A stretch of 64,000 nucleotides of DNA, from assembly GCF_006345805.1 (NCBI RefSeq), contig NC_042999.1:149234001-149298000 (forward strand). The letters run 5' to 3'. Source of the stretch: Octopus sinensis. Taxonomy: Eukaryota. The notes beneath the pieces were generated by a model. It did not search any database. It was not told where the DNA came from and saw nothing but the letters and a program-made list of their open reading frames with translations. Positions within the stretch are counted from its first letter, which is position 1. Each line of letters opens with the position of its first letter. Positions 26,636-38,316 of the stretch are shown piece by piece. The position numbers were made by a program, and so were the translations under genes.

Positions 26636-29600
26636 GAAGAAAGACAATGGGTGTATAAGGAAGGAAATGAAAATGTTTATAGTTAGGTTCTGCTCTTTGT
26701 AGAATTCCCTCAGAAGACTTTGGTCAGGCTGAGGCTATAGAAGACACTTGCCCAAGGTGCCACACAGTGGGACTGAACCAGAACCATGTGGTTGGAAAAC
26801 TAACTTCTCACCACACAACCACACAAGTTCAATCATTAGAGCCTCAGACAAAACACCTTGTGGTATTTGTTCCAGCTTGTGTTGAGCAGCCGTTGTCTCA
26901 TGTAAAATGAATCCAGCTGTCCAGCGAGTATACAATGAAGATCAATGCACCATCTTCCTTTGGTAGAAAAAGGAAGGGCAGATCTTCCTCTGCTTAGTGG
27001 CTGTGACAAGCGAGGCCATGTGATGGACCTGCCCAATAGGTTTGAAGACATACGCTTTCCTATTAAGCCAAGCTCTCATCAATTTCTCCAAGTATCATTT
27101 AAAGAGGAAAATGAGGGTAGAGAAGGAGGAGCTATCTTCTTGTGTGCTTATCAAAAGATGGATGAGAGAGGCAAGACTGGCGAGGCTGAACAGACCTACT
27201 CTGAGTATGCTTTTCTAAGTAAGAGGAAAGAAACTGGTAGGTGGTACTTTCCATACCTTGAAGATGGTAAAGTAACCCCCAAATTATTCTAAGTGGACTA
27301 CTCCTCTATGGGGGATTCTGTTTATTAATTACTTATTTTTCTAATTTCTTTTGCTAGGTCCTTATTATTGCAGAGTCTCCTTCCCTTGATTGATGTAAGC
27401 TCCACCTGTTTGTGTGTTTTAACTCGTCCTTTGATATTGTTGTCCCTGTCTTGGGCCTTTGTGGCCAATCAAAGAAATAATCATCATCATCATCATTATT
27501 ATTATTATTAAGGTAGTGAGTTGGCACAATCATAAGCACGCCAGGCAAAGTGCTAAGTGGAATTTTGACTGCCTTATATTTTGAGTTCAAATTCCTTCAG
27601 GGTCGACTTTGCCTTTCATTTTTTCGAGGTCGATGAAATAAGTACCAGTTACGCACTGCGGTTGATGTAAGTGACTAGTCCCCGCCCCCAAAATTTCAGG
27701 CCTTGTACCTATTGTAGAAAGGATTATTATTATTATTAAGGTGGGAAGCTGGCAGAATCGTTAACATGCCAGTCGAAATGCTTAGTGGCATTTCGTCCAT
27801 CTTTATGCTTTGAGTTCAAATGCTGCTGAGGTTGACTTTACCTTTCATTCTTTCGGGGTCAATAAAATAAGTATCAGTTGAATACTGGGGTTGATATAAT
27901 CAACTTAGCCCCTCTCCCAAACTTACTGGCCTAGTGTCAAAATTTGAAACCATTGTTATTATCATTATTATCAACACTTTGGGTGACTAATGATGGAATA
28001 TTTGGATTCACTTGTACAACCACATTTCTGGCATCAGGAAATAAAATCTATGAATCATTTCTAAGTAATTGAATCATAATTAGGTACTCATTCAATAAGA
28101 TATGTTTTTTTTTCTTGTAACAGAATACAAATATATATTGAATAAATTAATAGCTAATATTTTTAACACAACGTTCATTTGTTCACTTGTTCCACATCAG
28201 TTCCTCTACATTAGCAAAGGTTGGACAAAGGTTTATTGGAGATAGGATTTCATGGCTGGATGCTCTTCCTATCACCAACCCTTTTTTTTTGTTTTACAAA
28301 TAAAGATTTTCCTTTTTATTCCTTGTGGGTCTTTAAAAATGGAGAGTAACTGGTCATAATGTCAATAAGGAATGGTTCCGGGTTCAGTCCCACTGTGTAA
28401 GCACCTTGGGTAATTGTCATCTATTATAGTCTTGGGCCAGGCCAACCAAAGCCTTGTGAGTGGATTTGGTAGACAGAAACTGAAAGAAGCCCATCATGTG
28501 TCTCTGTGTGTGTGTGTGTATGTGTGTGTGTGCATATATACATACATACCTATATATGTGTGTCTTTGTGTCTGTGCTTGTCCCCCGCCCTGCCCAACCA
28601 CCACTGGATACTCTTGATTGCAAATCTACCTCTACTTGATTATGACTGACCTGGGGATAAACAACAATAAATCACCAACTTTTCTGTTTACTGCAGCATT
28701 ATATTTTTGTTACTGGTTTTAGTAACTGGACTGCAGCCATGCTGGAGCATCACCTCTAATGGTTTTAGTCAATTGTATTGCTCCCAGTACTTAATTTGGT
28801 CTTAATTTCACCATTCTCCATTTATCACATGGTTGAGTTTACAATGGGATACACCCCTTTTTATGAGAGAGTTACTCCACCCTATTAGGCAGTAAATACT
28901 AACAAACTATTTACAGCAGTATACTCAGACAAACATACACACAATATCCACCCACCCATCCCAACTCTTAGCATCAACTATTTTATACTTGCATGAGTTA
29001 AATAAGATTACATTGAGGTAGAGTTTCTACAACTGGATACCCTTACTGTTACCAACCCTCATTTATTTCCAAGTAAGGTAATAATCCCCCAGTGTACTGA
29101 ACAACAAGCACCCCAGACATGGTTAGGTTGAGAAGTTGAGAAAAAAAGAAAGAAGGTACCATTTTTTATGAAAGAGAGCCTTTTGTTTATAAAGAGCTCA
29201 ACATATCAAGATATTCATTTGAAAAATTATCTCTACAGATTTCCTAGAATTTAGAACCAGTACTGAAAGCTACATATTGTATATGGATATGCCTGTATAA
29301 ACAATGTGATTGAAGATAGGATAGGTAATGGGTGTATATACATATTTTAGGAGTTATTGCTCCTTCATCAGTACCACATTCAACCCATTAACCATCCATG
29401 AATACATTATTTAAATACCCACTAAGTTTAGCAGTGTAACACTACTGGATAGACCAATTTACATATCAAACATTCCTAGCAACTGGTATGTACATATTAA
29501 TTGCTGGCAAAGACACAGTATTTCGTTTTGCAACCATAATACAGTTAATTGTCATGTTGTCTTTCATTCAGAGAGAACCCGTTTTTTTCCCTATGATGAC

Positions 29601-30287
29601 AAATGCCATATGACAGAGAGCCCTTAGCAAATAACCTGTAATATCCAAACTACAATATGGTTTCCATGGGGCTTAATTTCACCATAAAACTAAATACATA
29701 AAAATAAAACTGGCTATTTATTTATGACTACAGTATAAACCCTAGTATCCTAGATTTTGGAATAGGTGTACAGTTGTATAAGGCAGCAAGCTGGCAGAAT
29801 TGTTACCACAGCAGCATTTCTTCCAGCTCTTAATATTCTGGATGCCCAACCCAACACCAACCACTTGTACTGGGTGCTTTTTCTGTGGCACCTGTAATTC
29901 CAACCAACTCAGAATTGCTGGGCTTGAATGCTGTTCAAAAGGAATGTAACGATCTTGGTAACTTATACATCATGGAAACAAGGTAACCAGCTTATGAATT
30001 CTTGGGTTAAAAAAAAAAAATAGCCCCTTGTTATAAGAAGTAACTAAGTTGGTAGATATCATAAGGAATACCTGGCTGTAAAATATTATCTGAAATCATT
30101 CCATCCAATCATACCAGAATAGAAACAGGAATACAAAAATGATGATGATGATACTTATGGCCCATGCTGCATTGGTACTTCAATAATCATTATCAGGTCA
30201 TCAACCTTGTAACATTACATAAATGAGTTGTAGCTAAGCATGTACTTGTTCACATTTTACTTTAATTAGCAGCGTTCTGCTACTTAC

Positions 30288-30356
30288 TCTTGGCATTCTG
30301 ATGAATTGTGGAAATAGCAATAGAAACTTGTTGCTTCAATCCTCATTCTAAGCTGC
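30288..30356 (-). CDS. Candidate internal exon (QLRMRIEATSFYCYFHNSSECQ)
   Basis: acttttag acceptor, GA|gtaagt donor, one open frame. Not phase-linked to its neighbours. Confidence 0.2.
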
Positions 30357-31246
30357 CTAAAAGTCCGTCATGGGGTCATGGAGCATGATGTCAAAGCAAG
30401 ATAAAAATACTTGTAGACATGTCACCATCCATCTATTTATGTATTGAATCTACGTCATAGCTTACTCTAAACAGGTTTGATGTCTTTATACCCTTGGGTA
30501 TGGCTTAAGCTACTGGGTGTGTCACAAGATCTCAATTACATCCAACCATTCACATACAAAACTCAGGCATTTGGAAGGCAATCCCTCTTATCACAATCAT
30601 TTGTTTAAGCTTTTGCCACAATAACTTGAATCAGGTGTAAACCCCAAAATAGATTGGGAGTAGAATATTGTATTTTTCTCTCTCTCCCTCTCTCTCTCTA
30701 CACACACACAAGAACTATACAACATGAAGATAGAAACAGTGGACTTTAATAGCAAATTACAACATTTGTTTCTGCACCAGACACCAGTTGCCGATTTTAC
30801 ATCCATATATCATTATATAAGATTATTCTTCTGCTGCATAAATCTAATCCTATACAACAGCAGAGTTCCCCCGTGTTTATCCAGCCTTGGAAAATATCCT
30901 GCAGTTGAAAATCATATTGGTAGCTAATGGCCATACAGGAACTTTACAAATTCACATTAAGAGGTTATTACCCAGACTATATCAAATACACACACATATA
31001 TAGGGTGTGTTTGTCCCCACTACCATTGGTTGACAACTGATTTTGGTGTGTTTATGTCCCATAACCTAGTAGCTCGGCAAAAGAGGCTGACAGAATAAGT
31101 ACCAGGCTTACAAAGAATATGTCCAGGGGTTGATTTCTTTGACAAAAAGGTGGTGCTCCAGCATGGCCACAGTCAAAAGGACTGAAACAAGTAAAAGAAT
31201 ATATATACATATATATAATTACAACAAAAATTTTAATTTTTGATAC

Positions 31247-31285
31247 AGAGTTACCAAAGAGTTCGTGGACAGCTCGTCAGACACT
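31247..31285 (-). ncRNA. Decayed type I hammerhead ribozyme motif
   Basis: Minus strand agtgt-CTGACGA-gctgtccac-GAAC-tctttg-GTA-actct. GAAA is reduced to GAA and helix II is weak. Lies about 200 nt downstream of a Penelope GIY-YIG remnant on the same strand. Confidence 0.4.
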
Positions 31286-31484
31286 ATATAAAGACAAAAA
31301 AATCTAAACTTCCTATGTCACGGATGTGAGGAAATACTAAGTAATTGAGATTTATGTCAACATATAAAAACGTTAATGTGGAGAGGTTGTTCTCCTGAAC
31401 TACAGGATAAAAACAACCCTTATAGACCTGAAAAGGCCAAACCAGCAAACAGGGAGATGAAATTTTCCAGTAGGTAGCACTTGA

Positions 31485-31820
31485 AAGGGACATATTTAGA
31501 GAAAAACTTCTTTACGACTATTTAACGCGCCAGGTTTAGTATAGTCCTTAAGAATTTTGGCTCTCACCATGATGCAGATTTTGCAATGGCCACTCCCATT
31601 AATATATGGGCCTCGATGATCTATTATTTTTCACCTAATATCACATGGGGTCCCTTGATCTTTGAGGTGCCACACATGCTGGGTCAAGGACATGAAAAAC
31701 TGTCTTTCTGGGACTCTGAAGGATGACTGGTGGTTGTGGAAGTAATGTTTGAAAGATGTACTGGCTGATCTGATATATTTACAAACTTGGGATATACTAG
31801 GAGATATACCATTCCTGCTA
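31485..31820 (-). mobile_element. Penelope-like element remnant, GIY-YIG endonuclease C-terminal part
   Basis: Translates KYIRSASTSFKHYFHNHQSSFRVPERQFFMSLTQHVWHLKDQGTPCDIR*KIIDHRGPYINGSGHCKICIMVRAKIL...LNSRKEVF, the typical PLE endonuclease tail (YIG..FKxRxxNHxxSF..LSxHIWxLK..CxLC..LNxRxE). Confidence 0.8.
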
Positions 31821-31861
31821 TATCTCTGATTGGCTCCGGGCCTGGGGATGCTGTAGGTAGT

Positions 31862-32368
31862 AGAATAAGCTAAGTTGAAATATGTTTGTCACATATTTCA
31901 ACTGTTAAAAGGCAAACACACAGCAGTTACTGTAGTGAAAAAGTCTCACTTATGGTAAAAAGGTGTGCAAACACCCAGTTCGTTCAGTCTCGCCATATAT
32001 TAGGAATTCCAGACATCAAGTTTTTTGACTCTTGTCAATGAGATATACCTAAGGGAGGCAACTCTGAATGAACTTAATAAAGCTGCAGCTATATATATTA
32101 TTCAGTCATGTTGACTGATTTGCACTAGCAGATTGTCCATCAAAGGTAAATAACAAAGTGTCAGCACGAAACAGTGTATAAGTATAAGCAGAATTAGGTA
32201 AGTTCAAATATGTTTGTCACATATTTCAACTGCTAAAAGGCAAATACACTGCAGTTACCATGAATAATAAATCTTTTATGGTAAAAAGGAGTGAAAACAC
32301 CTGGTTCATTCAGTGTCACCATCTATTAGGAATCCCAGACATCGATGTCAGTGAGATGTACCTAACTG
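31862..32368. repeat. Imperfect ~190-bp direct repeat (31862-32052 and 32191-32368)
   Basis: Shared aaatatgtttgtcacatatttcaactg.taaaaggcaaa.acac ... tattaggaat..cagacatc ... gagat.taccta. Confidence 0.85.
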
Positions 32369-32424
32369 TGCTTCATGCTAACACTTCGTTTTGTATGTGT
32401 GTGTATGTATATATATATATATAT

Positions 32425-32865
32425 AGTAGCAGCTAAGCCCGGTTTCACACGGTCGGTTTGGTTGATGTGGCATAAAACCTGCTCTATGCAAGCATTTGAC
32501 TTGTTTGGGCACGCTTACATTAAAAAACAATTTTAGAATGACTTTTTTTCTGTCAAAATGCTAAAAATAGCTGACAAAAAAAACAACCAAGATTCACCCA
32601 GATCAAAAAAATAAACTCAAATACTAAGCAAACAAAGATGAACCATCCCACTTCCATTGCACGCACACATGCACATACACACAAACACACACACATTCAC
32701 ATACCCACACATATATTCACAGAGTTGAAATGCTGTTTGATTTATTTTTTCAGCGTACAATTTTCATCATCCCACTACCAAGTATGACATCACCTCTTCC
32801 TTCCTTATTCATCTCTCATCCCTTCCTTTCTCATTCATAAACACAAGAGTATTATTATAGTAGAT
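32425..32865 (+). mobile_element. Non-autonomous Helitron-like element
   Basis: Starts in (TA)n with agtagcagctaagcccggtttcacacggtc and ends ttattatagtagat. Same terminal architecture as 53129-53912. Confidence 0.6.
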
Positions 32866-33756
32866 TATCTCAGTAACCATGGGAGCTATGAAAAAATACA
32901 AAGGCAGCAACACCACTGGATCATTCTACACATTTGTGCAATTCCACCCAGCTGTTTGACCATGAATCCCAAGACAAGAAAGAATTGCCCATGTCAAATT
33001 TATATGTGTGTATATATGAGAGAGAGAGAGGGGGGGGAGAGGAATTTAAGGAAGTGATAAAAATAGAAGAGGGTCTTAATCACCTTATAATGTTTTTTTT
33101 ATTTAATCATTCTACATCCAGGATTCTAATTCACACCCACCAGTCTAGACTTTGCTTTTCATTCATTCCTTTAGGGGAAAAGGAGTTGATAATATACTTG
33201 TTGCTTTTGTGTCTATTTAACCTTAGGTTAAGCCGATAAAGCAGAACTATAGAAGGTGCTCCAGCTGTGATCATTCCACCATTGATTCAGTCATTGTCTA
33301 ACCTAAGGGCAACATTATTTAATGTGTCCTCCTGTTTTCAAGATGGTAGAGTATAATTTTCTTTGAAGGGAACTTGGCTGATTTGTTTAGCAGGTCAAGT
33401 AACTTCAAGGTGGTTCTCTCATTGACTCGTGCATACACAAATCAGTAGGCTGTGATTCAGGGAGATTTGGCTGCTATTTCTAACAAGTTAAGCAAGTACA
33501 TAGAGGCTTCTTTGCTTGCTCATATATTCAACTAGATGTCCCTTTGTTCCAGAAACCTTGTCCTATGCAAGAAAGTGATATTAATTTCTTACATTCTTAA
33601 CTTGCACACATAGTTCAGTGAAGGTGCATAGCCTACTAATTAGGATACTACATTTGTGATCACAAGATTATTGTTTCAGTTCCCATATCAGGCGATGCAT
33701 TGTGTTCTTGGGTAAAACACTTTATTTCACAGAACTCTGCAATCAATGTGAATTCT

Positions 33757-34172
33757 TATTTCTTTACTGCCCACCAAGGGCTACACACAGAGGGGACAAA
33801 CAAGGACAGACAAATGGATTAAGTCAATTATATCAACCCAGTGTGTAACTGGTACTTAATTTATTGACCCCGAAAGGATGAAAGGCAAAGTCGACCTCGG
33901 CGGAATTTGAACTCAGAACGTATTGGCAGACGAAATACCTATTTCTTTATTACCCACAAGGGGCTAAACACAGAGGGGACAAACAAGGACAGACATAGGT
34001 ATTAAGTCGATTACATCGACCCCAGTGCGTAACTGGTACTTAATTTATCGACCCCGAAAGGATGAAAAGCAAAGTTGACCTTGGCGGAATTTGAACTCAG
34101 AACGTATCGACAGACGAAATACCACTGAGCATTTCGCCTGGCGTGTTAACGTTTCTGCTAGTTCGCTGCCTT
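33757..34172 (-). mobile_element. Composite family A SINE (head + A1 body + head-less A1 body)
   Basis: Junction gacgaaatacc|tatttctttatt at about 33930-33950. Confidence 0.85.
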
Positions 34173-35139
34173 AATGAATGTGAATTCTGATGTGTGGCAC
34201 ACCATACACCTGCACAGGTAATTACAATTTGATGGAGAGAAAGAGCTGATGTACAGCACAAACATTTGATCACTATAGACAAATCACCAGTAAGGGTTGT
34301 TCAACATGAAATTGCAGATCCCTCATCTATCACTTACAACAAGAGAGTCCATCACACACATATACACACACTCAGTCAGTAGAGCATCAGACTTTCTATT
34401 CGTGGATTGTGGATCTATAGTCTCCTTAGAGGTAAAGCAAGTTTTCAGCACTTGTCCAACCCATGCTAGCATGGAAACAGCAGATCATCACCACTACCAC
34501 CACCATCGTCATCATCATCATTTAATGCCCAACTTCCAAGTTGGCAGACCCATTGGGTCCAAGAACTGCATCATGCTGCCTGCTTTTGTATGGGTCTTAT
34601 GGCTGGATACCCTTCTCAGTACTAACCACTTTACAGAGTGTACTAGGTGCCTTTTTTTTGTGTGACATCAGCTCTACTGAGGCTGCCATATCACTAACAA
34701 GACTAAGATTCTCTTTGAGTGAGAGGGGGTCACAATAGGGGTGGGGTGCAGTTTTGTTAGTTGATGTGTGATTAAGGTTTGAAAGAAGAGAATTGAGACA
34801 GGTTTCTTGCAGTAGAGAATTATGATAATAATGGCATAAAGGGGTGGCAGAGGGTGCATTTGATTACATTAACTCCATTACTTGACTGGATCTTAATTTT
34901 ACTGTTCTCCTTACAATGAAAATCTTAGTCAAATTCCAGTGAGATTTGAACTCAAATTGTTAAAGGCTGCAACTAAATAGTACAGTTGTTCTACCAATTC
35001 TTCTAGTCCACCATAAGAAATTAATATTAGATAGAAGGTGGCAAGTTGGTAGAAAAGGTAAATGATTATCTGAGTAATCTACCTTTTACGGTATTTAGTT
35101 TCATCCTTCTGGATTCTCAGTTCAAATTATACCAGCGGT

Positions 35140-36170
35140 AATGATGAGTTGGTGATGATGTAATGGTAGTAGTATAGTAGTGGTAGTGCAGATGATGGTT
35201 GTGGTGGTAATGATGGTGGTAGTTGTGGTGGTGGTGGTTGTGGTGATGGTGGTAGTTGTGGTGATGGTGGTGGTTGTGATGGTGATGGTTGTGGTGTCAG
35301 TGGTGATGGTTGAGGTTGTGGTGGTGATGATGGTGGTAGTTATGGTGGTGGTGGTTGTGGCGATGGTGGTTGTGGTGGTGGTGGTGGTTGTGATGGTAGT
35401 GGTTGTGGTGGTGATGGTGTGATAATGACAGTGGTGGTAATGATGGTGGTAGCTGTGGTAGAGATGAAAATAGTTGTGGAGGTAGCAGTGGTGGTGATTG
35501 TGATGGTGGTGGGATTTATTGAAACTCTCCACTTTAAGAGATTTTCTTTTTTCTATAAAGACTTATAGGTAGAAATGTCACTAGTTGCCTAGCTTACGCA
35601 AATTAGTGGAAATAACGACTGTACATTCAAACAATAGCAATTGTAGCACCTGTAGCAACCACAGAAATGGTGGTGGTGATAGTTGGGGTAGCATAGTAGT
35701 AGTAATAGTATTTATAGTGATGGTGTTAGTAGTAGTGGTGTTGGTAGTGGTGGTAGCGTGATGGTGGTGATAGTGTGATGGTGGTGGTAGTGTGATGGTA
35801 GTGGTAGCCTGATGGTGGTAGTAGTGTGATGGTGGTGGAAGCATGATGGTGGTGGTGGTAGTAGTGTGATGGTGGTGGTAGCCTGATGGTGGTGTTAGTG
35901 TGATGGTGGTGGAAGCATGATGGTGGTAAGCATGCTGGTGGTGGTGGTAGTAGTGTGATGGTGGTGGTAGAAGTGTGATGGTGGTGGTAGCCTGATGGTG
36001 GTGTTAGGGTGATGGTGGTGGTAGCCTGATGGTGATGGTAGTGTGATGGTGGTGGTGGTTGTAGTAATGGTAGAAATTGCAGTAGTATTAGTAGTTGTAG
36101 TAGTAGTAGTAGTAGTGATCATTGCAGTTCAGTGATAGAGGTGATGGTAGTGATGACAGTAGTAGTAGTC
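35140..36170. repeat. GGT/GAT/AGT trinucleotide arrays with higher-order units
   Basis: Arrays at 35140-35510 and 35670-36170. Recurring gtgtgatggtggtggtagcctgatggtggt and gtgtgatggtggtggaagcatgatggtgg blocks. Confidence 0.9.
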
Positions 36171-36344
36171 TGAGAGAGGGAGGGAGGAGGATGAGGAGGT
36201 TATAAATCAAGTGCTACAAATATTGATAAGAAAGAATGGATTTCTGCAGAAAACAAGCAGCAGCTTACAAGAAAATAACAATAAGTTTGAATGTATGACA
36301 GGACAAACAGCAGTGTATACAGTGCAGTAAAAACAGCTATATCA

Positions 36345-36790
36345 TCATCATCATCATCATCATTTAACGTCTGTTTTCCATGCTAGCACAGGTTGGCCGG
36401 TTCGACCGGGGTCTGGGAAGCCAAGAGGCTGCACCAGGCTCAAGTCTGATCTGGCAGTGTTTCTACAGCTGGATGCCATTCCTCATGCCAACCACTCCAT
36501 GAGTGTAGTGGGTGCTTTTTACGTGCCTCCGGCACAGGAGCCAGAGGAGGCTGGCAATGGCCACGATTGGTTGGTGCTTTTTATGTGCCACCGGCATGGA
36601 TGCCAGTCCAGCGGTGCTGGCATCACCCACATTCAGATGGTGCTTTTTACATGCTACCAGCATGGGTATCACAACTACAATTTCCATTTGATTTTTATTT
36701 TGATGTCGATGTACTTGACTCAATAGGTCTCCTCAAGCACAGCAGGTTGCACTATGATCGAAGGTAAGCACAGAAGGCTGTCCTGCAAGC
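36345..36790 (-). mobile_element. RTE LINE 3'UTR fragment (family C, long form)
   Basis: Includes the cttgaggagacctattgagtcaagtacatc segment also seen at 58650-58690, plus tandem units and (gat)n tail. Confidence 0.85.
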
Positions 36791-36862
36791 CATGAATTCA
36801 CTTCATTTGTTGGGTCTTCACAGTCATAGCATATCTCCATGCATGTGTGCGTGTATATATAC

Positions 36863-37147
36863 ACAAGAATTATGGAATGGAGTAGGAAAGATCTGGGCTG
36901 CATATGTTTCATAGCAAGCGGAACCTCAAAAGTAGTAAAATCCAAGTGAGAGGTATACCATTGGCTATTCTTCAGACCAAGGATATCTTGCTGCAATGTA
37001 ACCTCCTTGCAACACTTTAAACTTTAATCTAATCAAGATATCCTTGACCTGAAGAGTAGCCGGTGGTATACACCTCACTTGGATTTTATCACTTTTGAGG
37101 TTCCACTTGCTATGCTTGGATCTTTCCTACTCCATTCCGTAACTTGT
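36863..37147. repeat. Imperfect inverted repeat (arms 36863-36990 and 37034-37147)
   Basis: ggaatggagtaggaaagatc...gatatcttg is mirrored by caagatatcc...gatctttcctactccattcc across a 43-bp spacer. Confidence 0.9.
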
Positions 37148-37753
37148 ATTCTTATTCACACACCCGGCAACCCTGGTTGCCTACTGTGGAATATATAATG
37201 GAACTTTTTTCAACTTATTGTTCTTCAATATGAAAATAATCCACAACATCTCAATAAACCACTACTGTACCTGAAGGTTGTTTTTTATATTTACTATGGA
37301 TTGCTTGAAGCTAACTTTCTTCTTACACCTCAATCTCTGTAAAAAGCACCATTCAAGCATGATCAATGCCACTGCCACCTGACTGGCACCAATGCCGGTG
37401 GTGCATAGAAAGTACTGTTCAAGCCTGGCCGATGCCAGTGCCACCTGACTGGCTTCCATGCTGGTGGCACGTAAAAGTATCCAAAACACTCTCAGAGTGG
37501 TTGGTGTTAGGAAGGGCATCCAGCTGTAGAAGCCTTGCCAAATCATATTGGAGCAAGGGTGAAGCCTTCTGGCTTGCCAGATCTCAGTCAAACTACCCAA
37601 CCCATGCCAGCATGGAAAGTGGATATTAAACAATGATGATGATGATATATATAACTGGAAGAAAAAAGGGTGAAATCTGAAGGTGAATGAACTTTATACT
37701 TTACTACATTCTTAACAGAATATACCATAACTATATATATATATATATATATA

Positions 37754-38056
37754 TCACGTGATCACATGACCGACCAGACCATCAGATGTTGTTACACATC
37801 GCTGGTCACAATGCGTTCGCATTGTTTTAGCCTTCGAATGACGCCACCCTGCTGGCTAAGCGAGCAGGCCAACAGAAGAAAGAGTGGGAGAAAGAGTGGT
37901 GAAAGAGTACAGCAAGGATCACCACCCCCTGCAGGAGCCTCGTGGAGCTTTTAGGTGTTTTCGCTCAATAAACACTAACAACGCCCGGTCTGGGAATCGA
38001 AACCGCGATCCTGCGACCGCGAGTCCGCTGCCCTAACCACTAGGCCATTGCGCCTC

Positions 38057-38057
<1 letters not shown>
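37754..38057 (-). mobile_element. SINE family E, young CpG-rich tRNA-derived copy
   Basis: Head ggaggcgcaatggcctagtggttagggcagcggactcgcggtcgcaggatcgcggtttcgattcccagaccgggcg has clean box A and box B, then about 230 bp of body. Flanked by (TA)n on both sides. Confidence 0.85.
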
Positions 38058-38094
<37 letters not shown>

Positions 38095-38181
38095 TATTCG
38101 AGACAAAACCACTATTTTGCAAAACAAACAAGGAAAGACTTAATCAATACATAAAATTTTAATAAATAGTCAAAAAAACCG

Positions 38182-38223
38182 CCACTACAATCGTTTCTTG
38201 TCTGATCGACAATCTTCAGGTGG
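38182..38223 (-). ncRNA. Minimal type I hammerhead ribozyme (left arm)
   Basis: CCAC-CUGAAGA-UUGUC gauca GACAA-GAAA-C gauu G-UA-GUGG. All core nucleotides present. Confidence 0.75.
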
Positions 38224-38273
38224 ACTTCCAATAATTCAGTGTCAAATTTATTTGACACTGAATTATTGGAAGT

Positions 38274-38316
38274 CCACCTGAAGATTGTCGATCAAGACAA
38301 GAAACGATTGTAGTGG
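38274..38316 (+). ncRNA. Minimal type I hammerhead ribozyme (right arm)
   Basis: Helix I CCAC/GUGG, core CUGAAGA (38278-84), helix II UUGUC/GACAA with loop GAUCAA, GAAA (38301-04), short helix III with self-complementary ACGAUUGU, and GUA triplet with predicted cleavage after 38312. Confidence 0.8.

Noticed and set aside
26836-27292. 115-aa plus ORF, and a minus-strand WPRLSQP resembling the Tc1 WPPRSPDL motif
   Set aside because: No other transposase motifs, no TIRs and no convincing splice signals; similarity is at chance level.
29415-29630. About 70-codon open frame on plus with a G|gtatgt donor
   Set aside because: No start, weak acceptor, no recognisable domain.
30460-30660. Strong minus-strand donor (AGA|gtaagc)
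   Set aside because: All upstream frames are closed. It shows that good splice sites arise by chance here, which is why exon confidences are low.
35604-35655. Possible 52-nt minus-strand exon
   Set aside because: Two frames are open, it is embedded in trinucleotide arrays and it is not phase-compatible with neighbouring candidates.
37049-37075. CUGAAGA as a hammerhead core in the 36.9-kb inverted repeat
   Set aside because: No GAAA and no helix I partner in either arm; not called as a ribozyme.
37985-38057. tRNA gene
   Set aside because: The acceptor and anticodon stems are imperfect and it continues into a SINE body; treated as a SINE head, as are the other tRNA-like heads.
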